From the NCBI GenBank assembly GCA_001629255.1, contig LURZ01000001.1:6850-70849 (forward strand): a stretch of DNA of 64,000 nucleotides, in the 5' to 3' direction. Below are positions 52,698 through 61,362 of this stretch, one piece after another (the stretch's first letter is position 1; each line of letters starts with the position of its first letter). The notes beneath the pieces are model-generated. The model was not told the origin of the DNA. It worked only from the letters and a program-made list of their open reading frames with translations, and searched no databases. The DNA is from Marine group II euryarchaeote REDSEA-S42_B7. GTDB taxonomy: Archaea > Thermoplasmatota > Poseidoniia > Poseidoniales > Thalassarchaeaceae. The position numbers were made by a program, and so were the translations under genes.

Positions 52698-53582
52698 CTA
52701 CTTTCCTTCAAACCTAGGTGTTTTCCTGTCAACGTATGCCTTGATACCTTCCTTTGCGTCTTCCGATTGGAATAGATCAGATTGCAATTCTCTTTCAAGA
52801 GCAAGATGGTACTCAAGCGGTATCTCCATGCCACTTTGCACGCTTCTCTTGATGTTCCCTATTGCCTTTGAAGCTGCGAATGGTAGCGAGAACCTTCCAG
52901 CGTAGTCAAGAACGTCCTGCCTAAACTCATCTAGGCTCAGTGAGTCATAGATGTCATGCACTAGATCCATTTCCCTGGATTCCTCGAAAGAGAACTTCCT
53001 TCCTGTAACCATTATCTCCATTGCTTTGGCTTTTCCGACCAGTCTAGACAGTCTAGCCGTTCCACCGGTACCTGCCAATACTCCGAGAGCGACCTCAGGC
53101 AGTCCTACCTGGTAATTGCCCTTTCTGGCTATCCGAATGTCAGCGGCCATTGCAATTTCCAGTCCGCCCCCAACCGTATGTCCGTTAAGTGCGGCTATGA
53201 CCAACTTGGGAGTCTGCTCCAAACGTGACAGAGTTTCGTTGGCGTGCAGGCAAAAGAAGTACTTGTATCTCGGAGACAGAGTGTTCAGATACTTTATGCT
53301 GGCACCTGCAGAGAAGAATTTTTCACCGTGTCCAGTTATCAGGATTACCGACACGTCATCATTGAATCTTGCTTCAAGTATGGCATCGTCAATGTCGTGC
53401 CACATCTCCCTTGTGTAGGTGTTCACCGGTGTCTTATCCCCCTCGAGTGGATCTCCGGCGGAATCGGAAATGAGCTCAATAATCGCGACTCCGTTTTTTG
53501 TCTCTCCGTAGTTAACGAGACGATTCTTCATGGGTTTAAGTTCTGGCCAAGACGTCATGCTCTCACGACTTAGTCCAGCCAT
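52698..53582 (-). CDS. Enoyl-CoA hydratase/isomerase, candidate ring-opening (BoxC-like) single-domain crotonase
   Basis: FFSAGA, FCLHANETL, GHTVGGGLEIA, GLPEVALGVLAGTGGT.RL; immediately upstream of boxB. Confidence 0.85.
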   Translation of the reverse strand: MAGLSRESMTSWPELKPMKNRLVNYGETKNGVAIIELISDSAGDPLEGDKTPVNTYTREMWHDIDDAILEARFNDDVSVILITGHGEKFFSAGASIKYLNTLSPRYKYFFCLHANETLSRLEQTPKLVIAALNGHTVGGGLEIAMAADIRIARKGNYQVGLPEVALGVLAGTGGTARLSRLVGKAKAMEIMVTGRKFSFEESREMDLVHDIYDSLSLDEFRQDVLDYAGRFSLPFAASKAIGNIKRSVQSGMEIPLEYHLALERELQSDLFQSEDAKEGIKAYVDRKTPRFEGK

Positions 53583-53608
53583 ATCAATCAAACGGAGGCA
53601 ATACTAGG

Positions 53609-54832
53609 CTATTCATCCGTCTCTTTGAACGATACAGCCCCTCCCTTGCTTCTTGTGGATTTCCATTGCTCACGAACTCTTTCAGCCTCAATGCTAGGAT
53701 CCCATGAATCTCTCTTTAGCGACTTTCTGAAGGGCATCCTGTGGACAACTCTACCGTCTGAAAGATCCTTCCTTCTCAGCATTCCAATCTTGACAATCGG
53801 CCACAATGCCCTTCGGAATAGCCCGGGTTTATACAGCCAACGCATGAAGTTCAATCCGTCTCCGTTCCTCTTCTGATCTCTCATCCATTGATTTGCTACC
53901 ATCTTGAATCCTCTATCACCAACCCTGTTCATTAGGAAACGATTTATCGCGCTGGCTTTTACGAGAGGAACAAGCCTCCTCCTTACTTCTTTTTCATAGT
54001 CGAATTCCCCTAGTAAAGACTTAGCCGCCAGCACTCCACTGGTTATAGCGTATCTCATGCCAAAACCCCACATGAAGTCCTGTAGGCCCCCAGCTTCGCC
54101 AACGTACAGCCTTTCCTCATGGACGTACTTGGTAGGTATTCCGAAGTCCCCCTTCCCACCGACCCTCTTTATGGGCTCCCTATCCAAGTCGTAATTTCGT
54201 TCATACCACGCTATTGTTTCATCCAGGTATCTCCCACTATTCCTTTGTTTACGCCAAAGACAAGTGCAAATAAGCCCGATTCCGTCAATTATTATCAGGT
54301 AAGAGTATGCACCAGGGGCCAACTTGTCATTCAATTGGAAAGCCACTAGGTTTCGGTGGCTCGTATGGAATATCTCGCCGTATGCGACGGCACTCGACTC
54401 TCTAGGTCCTGCGGCAACTATGTCGCACTCCTCAGGAGATTTCTTCACTCCGTAGTGTATCTTCACTCCAGACTCTAAGGCCATCCTCTTGAACGCCTGA
54501 TCAATTGTATGCTCCGCAGTGCCTCTCTCAACCACCCTGAAAGCCACGCCTTCCGTTTTTGGATTGGTCACAACATCATCTGGGTGGATTAAATCAATAA
54601 TTCCAAATGAATCAGACTTGAACTCTGTCGCGTCGAATCCCCAATCTGCTAACTCCTCGAAGAAGTCAATATCGCTCGTCCAATTCTCGATGCCCTGGAA
54701 GTCCCCATCGAACCTTGCTCCGCTATCAGACCGGATTTCATGAACGTGAACATCCTTCCCGGCTTTTGCCAATATCGTTGCAGATGAGAGACCTGAGAGA
54801 CCTGCTCCAAGGATGTGCACTTCGGCGCTCAC
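53609..54832 (-). CDS. FAD-dependent oxidoreductase (geranylgeranyl reductase-like)
   Basis: ILGAGLSG, APGAYSY, VGEAGGLQD..WGFGMRYAI.SG. GTG 54832 follows AGGAGG. Confidence 0.8.
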   Translation of the reverse strand: MSAEVHILGAGLSGLSSATILAKAGKDVHVHEIRSDSGARFDGDFQGIENWTSDIDFFEELADWGFDATEFKSDSFGIIDLIHPDDVVTNPKTEGVAFRVVERGTAEHTIDQAFKRMALESGVKIHYGVKKSPEECDIVAAGPRESSAVAYGEIFHTSHRNLVAFQLNDKLAPGAYSYLIIIDGIGLICTCLWRKQRNSGRYLDETIAWYERNYDLDREPIKRVGGKGDFGIPTKYVHEERLYVGEAGGLQDFMWGFGMRYAITSGVLAAKSLLGEFDYEKEVRRRLVPLVKASAINRFLMNRVGDRGFKMVANQWMRDQKRNGDGLNFMRWLYKPGLFRRALWPIVKIGMLRRKDLSDGRVVHRMPFRKSLKRDSWDPSIEAERVREQWKSTRSKGGAVSFKETDE

Positions 54833-54908
54833 GGTTTCGCGACCTCCTATGTTCGCTTGAACGGTTGGGTCACCCGTCGGTTTCAAGGCATAAATCCCAT
54901 GGGGGGGC

Positions 54909-55328
54909 GTGGCAGTCCATATCGAGGTTGAGAGTAAAACTCTGGATATCTCCAGACTTCGTGGCATTATCGACTCCAAGGGATGTGGTAGCGTAGTCAG
55001 TTTTGTTGGATTAACTAGGGACATTGAGGATGGAGTCCCAGTTAAGGGACTAGAGTTCGATGCTTGGGAGAATGAACTTCCGAAGGTTCTTCAGAGTATA
55101 GCAGAAGAGGCAATTTCCACATTCGGGGTAAGCTCCATTGTTATGTCACATAGAACTGGATTCGTTGAACCCGGCGAAGAGATAGTTTGCATCCATGTAG
55201 GCTCAGCCCACAGGGCCGAGGGCTTTACCGCATGTTCTTGGCTCATTTCTGAGCTGAAGAGGCAGGCTCCTCTCTGGAAAAAGGAGTTGAGGGAGGACGG
55301 AGAATTCTGGAAGGCAGGTCTTGGATAG
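54909..55328 (+). CDS. moaE: Molybdopterin synthase catalytic subunit
   Basis: G.VVSFVG.TR, HRTG, SAHR.EGF, LK..APLWKKE. Confidence 0.92.
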   Translation: MAVHIEVESKTLDISRLRGIIDSKGCGSVVSFVGLTRDIEDGVPVKGLEFDAWENELPKVLQSIAEEAISTFGVSSIVMSHRTGFVEPGEEIVCIHVGSAHRAEGFTACSWLISELKRQAPLWKKELREDGEFWKAGLG

Positions 55329-55400
55329 GGCCGCTTGAATCTACCACTCTAGTCCGTGCGTCTGAATAGGGTGGACCTATTCCGGCGAGGCGGTGAGGTG

Positions 55401-55859
55401 ATGGGCGACAGTTGGTCTGGAATAGTTGACGTGGGTTCGAAACCAATTGTGCGGAGGGAGGCCATTGCTACTGGCATGATTCTGCTGAAGTCAGAATCTA
55501 TTGACGCAGTGGCCAATGGGTCTTCTCCGAAGGGAGATGTCCGCGAAGCCTCAACTATTTCCGCAATTCAGGCAGTCAAAGAGACCTCTCGCACCCTTCC
55601 TCACTGTCATCCTATACCCATCGAGGGGTGCCATGTGGAGTGGGTGTTAGAAGAAACAGGACTGAGGTGTAATGTTACAGTAAGGACCCATTGGACAACT
55701 GGGGTTGAGATGGAAGCTCTCTGTGGAGTAAGCGCCGGGTTGCTTTGCGCTTGGGACATGTTGAAGCCGATAGAGAAGGATAAGGAAGGGCAATATCCCC
55801 GAGTAAGAATTGAGGATATCCGGGTCCTAAGAAAGAAGAAGGAACATCCGCAGGATTGA
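55401..55859 (+). CDS. moaC: Cyclic pyranopterin monophosphate synthase
   Basis: VDVGSK, KGDV, LPHCHP, TGVEMEAL, WDMLK. Confidence 0.94.
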   Translation: MGDSWSGIVDVGSKPIVRREAIATGMILLKSESIDAVANGSSPKGDVREASTISAIQAVKETSRTLPHCHPIPIEGCHVEWVLEETGLRCNVTVRTHWTTGVEMEALCGVSAGLLCAWDMLKPIEKDKEGQYPRVRIEDIRVLRKKKEHPQD

Positions 55860-55883
55860 ATTCTATGACCCTTTCACAGGGGC

Positions 55884-56831
55884 ATGCCTACGGCTGACCT
55901 AATTCCAGATTTTCTCAAGGCCACAGAGGCTGCAGCTATCGCTGCTTCAAGTTGGAGGGGGCTAGGAGATGGAAAGGGGGCCGACGGAGCCGCTGTCGAA
56001 GCAATGCGTGCAATCTTCGACGCTGTTCCTTTCGATGGCAGAGTTGCCATTGGTGAGGGCGAGAGGGACGACGCTCCAATGCTGTGGATTGGAGAGCCTC
56101 TCGGATCTAAGCAAGGAGATCCAAATTATCCATCGATAGACATCGCTGTTGATCCTCTTGAATGTACCAATCACGTAGCAAATGATCTCCCAAATGCAAT
56201 GGCAGTACTGGCCGCAGCCCCAAGGGGGACCCTATTGCATGCTCCGGATTGCTACATGGACAAGATAGCAGGGCCTTCAGAGATATTCGACGCTGTTAGC
56301 TTGGAGGCAGATGTCGATTACAACATCGAGGGAGCCTCAGATGCATTGGGTAAGAGCCCATCCGAAATGCAAGTAGTGGTGATGGATAGGCCCAGGCATA
56401 AAGACTTGATTAGAAATCTGAAGGATATGGGAATTTCTCCGGTGCTGATTGGTGATGGGGACATAGCTGCAGCACTGAACGCTGCTGATCCTGATTCAGA
56501 GATTGATATGTTGATGGGGATAGGGGCAGCCCCGGAGGGAGTGATTACAGCAACGGCTCTAAGAGGTCTCGATGCTCCATTTGAGGGAAGACTTGTGTTC
56601 AAAAACGAAGGACACCGGGAGAGAGCAGAGGAAATGATCGAAGGAGATGTAGAGAGAATCTGGTCACGGGACGAACTCTGTTCGACGGAAGACTCGATTT
56701 TCATTGGTACAGGTGTTTGTGACGGCAGAACAAAAGGGGTTGAAGACCTTGGACAAGGGTCCTATACTGTTCATTCCGAGATTATAGATGTCAAATCAAA
56801 AGAACACTACTTCGTTTCAACTACAATTTAG
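55884..56831 (+). CDS. glpX: Fructose-1,6-bisphosphatase class II
   Basis: TEAAA, D.AAV.AMR, IGEGERDDAPML, DIAVDPLE, YMDK, DRPRH, GAAPEGV. Confidence 0.93.
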   Translation: MPTADLIPDFLKATEAAAIAASSWRGLGDGKGADGAAVEAMRAIFDAVPFDGRVAIGEGERDDAPMLWIGEPLGSKQGDPNYPSIDIAVDPLECTNHVANDLPNAMAVLAAAPRGTLLHAPDCYMDKIAGPSEIFDAVSLEADVDYNIEGASDALGKSPSEMQVVVMDRPRHKDLIRNLKDMGISPVLIGDGDIAAALNAADPDSEIDMLMGIGAAPEGVITATALRGLDAPFEGRLVFKNEGHRERAEEMIEGDVERIWSRDELCSTEDSIFIGTGVCDGRTKGVEDLGQGSYTVHSEIIDVKSKEHYFVSTTI

Positions 56832-56895
56832 AGGGGGAAAACACTGACGATGGTTTCTTTTCTTACTGCCCCCTCCATTACTCCGAGGAAAGAAG

Positions 56896-57915
56896 ATGGA
56901 TAGGGAATTGTTGGAAAAAAATGCAAGATTTTTGGTCTCCCCAGGAAGAGGCATACTTGCTGCAGATGAGAGCAACGGGACGATGTCCAATCGCTTGGAA
57001 GCAGTAGGTGTAAAAGCATCATCTGATACCAGAAGGGAATACCGTGTCAATCTCTTCTCCACGGAGGGTTATGAATCTGCAATTAGTGGTGTTATACTAT
57101 TTGATGAAACAATCCGTCAGACAATGAAAGATGGGACTCCAATACCCTCCGAACTTTCCAATAGAGGAATCCTCCCAGGAATAAAGGTCGACACAGGAGC
57201 GAAGGAACTGGCCAATCATGAGGGTGAGAAAATCACAGAGGGACTAGATGGACTTCGAGAAAGATGTTCTGAGTATTTCGCAATGGGTGCCAGATTTGCT
57301 AAATGGCGTGCGGTAATTAAGATCGATGCAGGACTTCCGACCAAGGCGTGCATTAGTGCTAATGCACATGCCTTGGCAAGGTACTCAGCAATCTGCCAGG
57401 AGCAAGGGCTAGTTCCTATAATCGAACCAGAGGTTCTGATGGACGGGGACCATGATGCTAACAGATGCTACGAGGTAACGGCAGAAATTTTGGATGCCAC
57501 ATTCTCTGAGTGTGAAAGCCAAGGTGTACATATTCCTGGAGCTTTGCTAAAACCAAATATGATAATTCAAGGCAATGATTGTGAGAACCAGACTTCTAGA
57601 GAGGAGGTTGCAAATCTCACTGTCGAATGTCTAACTAATCATGTTCCTCACAATCTCCCTGGGATAGTATTCTTATCTGGGGGACAATCTGACGAAGATG
57701 CCACAGCACACCTCAATTTGATGAATAAGATGACTTCCGAGCATCCTTGGGAGCTATCATACTCCTATGGTAGGGCATTACAAGCCGACGCCCTTCAAAA
57801 GTGGGCGGAGGCTACCGGTGAATCTGATATATCTAGCCAAAAAGCATTTTCGCATAGGGCGAAAATGAATAGCTTGGCAAGGTTTGGAGACTGGAGTCAG
57901 GACCTAGAGTCGTGA
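56896..57915 (+). CDS. Fructose-bisphosphate aldolase class I (eukaryote-like family)
   Basis: GILAADES, GIKVDTG, FAKWRAV, PIIEPEV, LLKPNM, FLSGGQS, YSYGRALQ. Confidence 0.95.
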   Translation: MDRELLEKNARFLVSPGRGILAADESNGTMSNRLEAVGVKASSDTRREYRVNLFSTEGYESAISGVILFDETIRQTMKDGTPIPSELSNRGILPGIKVDTGAKELANHEGEKITEGLDGLRERCSEYFAMGARFAKWRAVIKIDAGLPTKACISANAHALARYSAICQEQGLVPIIEPEVLMDGDHDANRCYEVTAEILDATFSECESQGVHIPGALLKPNMIIQGNDCENQTSREEVANLTVECLTNHVPHNLPGIVFLSGGQSDEDATAHLNLMNKMTSEHPWELSYSYGRALQADALQKWAEATGESDISSQKAFSHRAKMNSLARFGDWSQDLES

Positions 57916-58170
57916 TTACGCCTTGTCTTCCAAAGCGCCTGGGCGAACCTGCCAGACGCAGATTTCGTACCTGCCAGAAAGTGCCCCACCTCTTTTGGTC
58001 GTAGCCACCTTCAGTATGTCTTTGTCCTTCGAAAGAACATTCCCTAGCTGTTGCGGAGTAGTTCCATGCCTCATAGTTGAGTTAACATGTTCTAGTATTT
58101 CGGTGGTGTTCGCCTCTCCTCTTTCGTCTAGGAATTTCTTGATCTTCTGCCTCAGTCTTGTGGTCCTCAT
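57916..58170 (-). CDS. Small basic winged-helix-like protein (DUF3860-like)
   Basis: NT.EILEH.N...RHGTT.QQLGNVLSKDKDI...GALSG.Y.ICVW; family recognised from memory. Confidence 0.7.
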   Translation of the reverse strand: MRTTRLRQKIKKFLDERGEANTTEILEHVNSTMRHGTTPQQLGNVLSKDKDILKVATTKRGGALSGRYEICVWQVRPGALEDKA

Positions 58171-58243
58171 ATTCTCACTCTTCTTGTTCCCGGGACCCCC
58201 ACAACGTCCGCTTTTCTCAGGATAGCGGATGGTAATATAATGC

Positions 58244-58424
58244 TTCTGTATGTTTTTTCTCTACTTGGTTACAAATAATGACAGTTTTTTTGCATTTTCT
58301 GTATGTTTTTTCCACTGCACATCTCAATAACTGATATTTCCACTGGAAAGGTATAACTAAATGTAACAAAAACAAATATTTTATTACTATCTTTCGTAGA
58401 GTATCCTCCTGTAGGTGTTTTTTC
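58244..58424. repeat. 16-bp direct repeat TTCTGTATGTTTTTTC (58244-58259, 58297-58312) plus a degenerate copy at 58407-58424
   Basis: Read directly; the two exact copies start 53 bp apart. Confidence 0.85.
58337..58349. promoter_or_regulatory. ORB/mini-ORB-like palindrome TTTCCA-C-TGGAAA in an AT-rich spacer (candidate replication origin element)
   Basis: Reverse complement TTTCCAGTGGAAA matches the archaeal ORB core; partial copy TTTCCACTG at 58309-58317; cdc6 lies ~4.6 kb away. Confidence 0.5.
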
Positions 58425-61049
58425 GTGTCAGATGCTTCCCGATTCGTCCATGATGAGCCGAAGAAAATCAGAAGTAAGCACCGTCGCAGGATTCTCTCCC
58501 TGCTCTCGGATGGTGAAGCCACAGTCTCTCTTTTATCTTCAGAGTCAGGACTCAGAATGCCTCACGTGTCTGCTGAGATCAGTCGTATGAGGGCCGAGGG
58601 GCTGGCTACAAGTGACCTTCCCCCTGGTTCTAGGGGTGCAAGAATCAGACTCACTGAGGATGGTTGGAGCGCTCTAGAGGATGACGAGTGGTCGAAAGTA
58701 ATTGAGTTGAAGGCACCATCCTCAAACTCAGATTTCTGCTGTGTATTATCCCGGGACGAAGAAAATCTAACCTTGTGTTTTTTGAGCGTTCCAAGAGAAC
58801 CCTTGGTGCAGATTCCAAACCGAATCGCGACCCTAATCCCAGAGACTACTACGTCCACAAGAAACACAGGGGTCTCTTGGAGTTGGGCAGTTCTTTCTGA
58901 GGCTAACCCTCGTTGGTTCGACAGAGAGAAAATGATAATCCTAGATTCACCTCCGGAGTTTGCCGATCCAGGAAGTATAGAGTCATATTCAGAAAAACCA
59001 CAAATCTTCGGAGTTATCAGGGCCAAGCTCGTGCGCCAATCTTCTAACTCAATAATTTCACCGGGTGAATGGTTTTCTCAACCAAACCAGATTTACACTG
59101 CTCCATTGGACGAGGCTACTCATCACAGAGGAGATTGGACTCTTGGCTCACCCCATAGCAAATCGCCGGATGTTAGACCGACTCAACCAATTGTTGCTAC
59201 CATCAAAGAAAGACTTCCACTTTCTGTTCTACTCAGGTCAGCCAGGTCAAACTCGCTGGTAATTGCAGATCTTAGAGGATTGGGAATGGAAGGCGAAGAA
59301 TACCCCATCGGGGCACTTAGATATTGGATTAAAAAAGCCCATCCTAGGCTTTCAGAGGCTGAAAGGAGAAGGAGATTAAACTCGTTGATCGATAGGATTT
59401 CATCCTCTAGAAGAATAAAGGTTCCAGAGTCTACGATTAGAAAATTTAGGAAGGACTGGGCGGGAAGAAAATTCTCAAACGATGAATCGGCAATCAGATC
59501 AATCGAGTTGAGGGGTCTGAGTAAAAACGCAACAGAGTCCATAATCAGGTGGTCCATGGATAATGATTCAACTCCATTAGTGATAGAGATCAGGCATAAT
59601 TTGCCAAGTGAATTAATGTCTAGAATTGCATCTAAGCAGAATCTTAGACTAGTAATCTTCGACCACCTACCAGATCAATTCTTTTCATTCACTGTGCTCG
59701 AAGTTGATAGGATTCGAACGCTTCCTTGGTTGAGTTATCGTACTAGTAAGGGAGAGAGGATACCAGTAAGGATGGTAGAAAGAGGAAAAATCACAGACTA
59801 CCCAGCAGAACCAGAGAACACAACAATTTCTCCATGGCAAATCTTGAAACTCCCTTCTGAGGATGATGAGTACAAACAAGAAATTGCAAGAAATTCAGCT
59901 TCAATAATTAGCTCTGCCGTCTCACAATTTCCCGATGGCGATGAGGAGTGGGCGAATCAAATGGAGGCAATGTATCCACTCGCGTCCTGGATAGCATCTC
60001 CAAGGACAACTAGGTGGCAAAGATGGCAGAGAGTTTCCACGAGGTTGGATTCAGAATGGATAGCACTACTTGATCTGGATTATGTTCCAATTGAGAAGAT
60101 TTCAGAATTGGCCAATCAAGCCCCGAAATCAGTAAAGGAAATTTTCTCACGAACCTTAACTTCAAAACTTAGAGAGAATCCGGATAATCTGTTAAGATCA
60201 TGGCCAGCAATAGATCCAAGTCGAGCCAATTCAGGTGCTTCTTGGCTGGCATCCCACTTTATTCAGAACTCAGCTTGGATGCCTAAAGAGACGCATCATG
60301 ACATCATTGGCTGGGCCGTTGAGGCGTGGCTATCCAACCCCCCTGCTGAATCTCTTGGGGCTCTAGATGGCATTAACTGGCTCTTTACTTCTGGAAATCT
60401 AGAGAAAGCGGTTTTCAATAGTCTAATTATAAGAATTAGAGACATCGGAACCTCACTCCCTAAGGGACATCACCTCAACACTTGGTCTAGGCTTCATGAC
60501 CACGCTTTAGGGAAAAGAGAGGCTAAACTGGAAGATATACAATTATTCATCACACATATCCCCAATTCATGGTGGGTACCATTTTCATCAGAATTCTTGA
60601 AAATGATACTGAATAGTGCCATTACAGACGAATTCTTCAGTGTAAATATTCCTTGGTGTTCAAATGTACTTAGGCCGAAAGGAGAGGTTTCATATTTTCC
60701 AGGCCTATCTTCTAAAATTAATCAGGGATGTGATATCGAAATTTTCCCTTTACTGCAGAACTACTTACGATCAGTTAGTTCCGAGGTAGGAGATGTCAAT
60801 TCTATGAATCATCTCTGGGATTTGCTATCTGCGTTAGAATCAGTTAGAGAAGGCTCTAACCCATCTGTTGGGCTTTCTCATAAACTATCAGGCTGGCTAG
60901 CACAACCACTTGAGAAATGGCCCAACTTCACTCTGGAGATGATTATGGATGGAGACAAAGACGTTTCAGAAAGTCTAATTCTTCGGAAATCTGGATTTCA
61001 CGAAGGTCTTAGAAATTTCGATAGTTCTGCTCAACCGTTGGGTTCTTGA
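58425..61049 (+). CDS. Large hypothetical protein with N-terminal winged HTH (ArsR/MarR-like)
   Basis: RRRILSLLSDGEATVSLLSSESGLRMPHVSAEISRMRAEGL...LTEDG; the remaining ~790 aa are Trp/Pro-rich and unrecognised. Confidence 0.75.
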   Translation: MSDASRFVHDEPKKIRSKHRRRILSLLSDGEATVSLLSSESGLRMPHVSAEISRMRAEGLATSDLPPGSRGARIRLTEDGWSALEDDEWSKVIELKAPSSNSDFCCVLSRDEENLTLCFLSVPREPLVQIPNRIATLIPETTTSTRNTGVSWSWAVLSEANPRWFDREKMIILDSPPEFADPGSIESYSEKPQIFGVIRAKLVRQSSNSIISPGEWFSQPNQIYTAPLDEATHHRGDWTLGSPHSKSPDVRPTQPIVATIKERLPLSVLLRSARSNSLVIADLRGLGMEGEEYPIGALRYWIKKAHPRLSEAERRRRLNSLIDRISSSRRIKVPESTIRKFRKDWAGRKFSNDESAIRSIELRGLSKNATESIIRWSMDNDSTPLVIEIRHNLPSELMSRIASKQNLRLVIFDHLPDQFFSFTVLEVDRIRTLPWLSYRTSKGERIPVRMVERGKITDYPAEPENTTISPWQILKLPSEDDEYKQEIARNSASIISSAVSQFPDGDEEWANQMEAMYPLASWIASPRTTRWQRWQRVSTRLDSEWIALLDLDYVPIEKISELANQAPKSVKEIFSRTLTSKLRENPDNLLRSWPAIDPSRANSGASWLASHFIQNSAWMPKETHHDIIGWAVEAWLSNPPAESLGALDGINWLFTSGNLEKAVFNSLIIRIRDIGTSLPKGHHLNTWSRLHDHALGKREAKLEDIQLFITHIPNSWWVPFSSEFLKMILNSAITDEFFSVNIPWCSNVLRPKGEVSYFPGLSSKINQGCDIEIFPLLQNYLRSVSSEVGDVNSMNHLWDLLSALESVREGSNPSVGLSHKLSGWLAQPLEKWPNFTLEMIMDGDKDVSESLILRKSGFHEGLRNFDSSAQPLGS

Positions 61050-61060
61050 ACAAATCTGCA

Positions 61061-61331
61061 GGCGTGGTATTGCCCAGCCGGCAACACCGTGCGGACAAAA
61101 CCCCCTCGCCGGAGGTGGAGGATGAAACACGGCACCACGGATTGGGTGACCATCCGTCGAAGACCATCGTGACTCTTCCGAGAGAATGATTGATGGCGCA
61201 AATCGGGTGGCCGGACTGCGTAGGTCCCCTGAGGACGGAATAGAATGAATCAAGGGACTACCCCGCAGTCCGACAGACGTCCTGGGGTGGGTCAGGCGCC
61301 AGAGCAAAGCAGTGAAGGTTGCCGTTACGCC
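61061..61331 (+). ncRNA. Candidate structured non-coding RNA, family unassigned
   Basis: GC-rich intergenic segment with paired termini and at least five internal hairpins; G-U pairs favour the + strand. Confidence 0.55.
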
Positions 61332-61337
61332 CCGGGG

Positions 61338-61360
61338 CACACTGAAATTTCAGGTGTTTT
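61338..61360 (+). terminator. Hairpin (12-bp palindrome CTGAAATTTCAG) followed by TTTT; possible terminator or operator
   Basis: CACACTGAAATTTCAGGTGTTTT directly after the RNA candidate. Confidence 0.3.
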
Positions 61361-61362
61361 GG

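Noticed and set aside
58244-58424. Direct repeats as a CRISPR array
   Set aside because: Only two exact 16-bp copies plus one degenerate copy, irregular spacing, T-rich, and no cas genes.
58217-58522. 101-aa minus-strand ORF across the AT-rich spacer
   Set aside because: Overlaps the wHTH gene start, has an atypical composition and shows no motifs; likely spurious.
61229-61255. Hammerhead ribozyme core (CTGAGGA)
   Set aside because: No stem II followed by GAAA, and no stem III/NUH arrangement.
61061-61331. Confident call as SRP RNA, RNase P RNA or tmRNA
   Set aside because: The canonical GGAA helix-8, CR-I/CR-V and tRNA-like T-arm/CCA signatures were not found on either strand, so it is left unassigned.
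60975-61340. 121-aa minus-strand ORF over the RNA candidate
   Set aside because: Pro/Arg-rich, as expected from GC-rich non-coding DNA, and overlaps the neighbouring gene.
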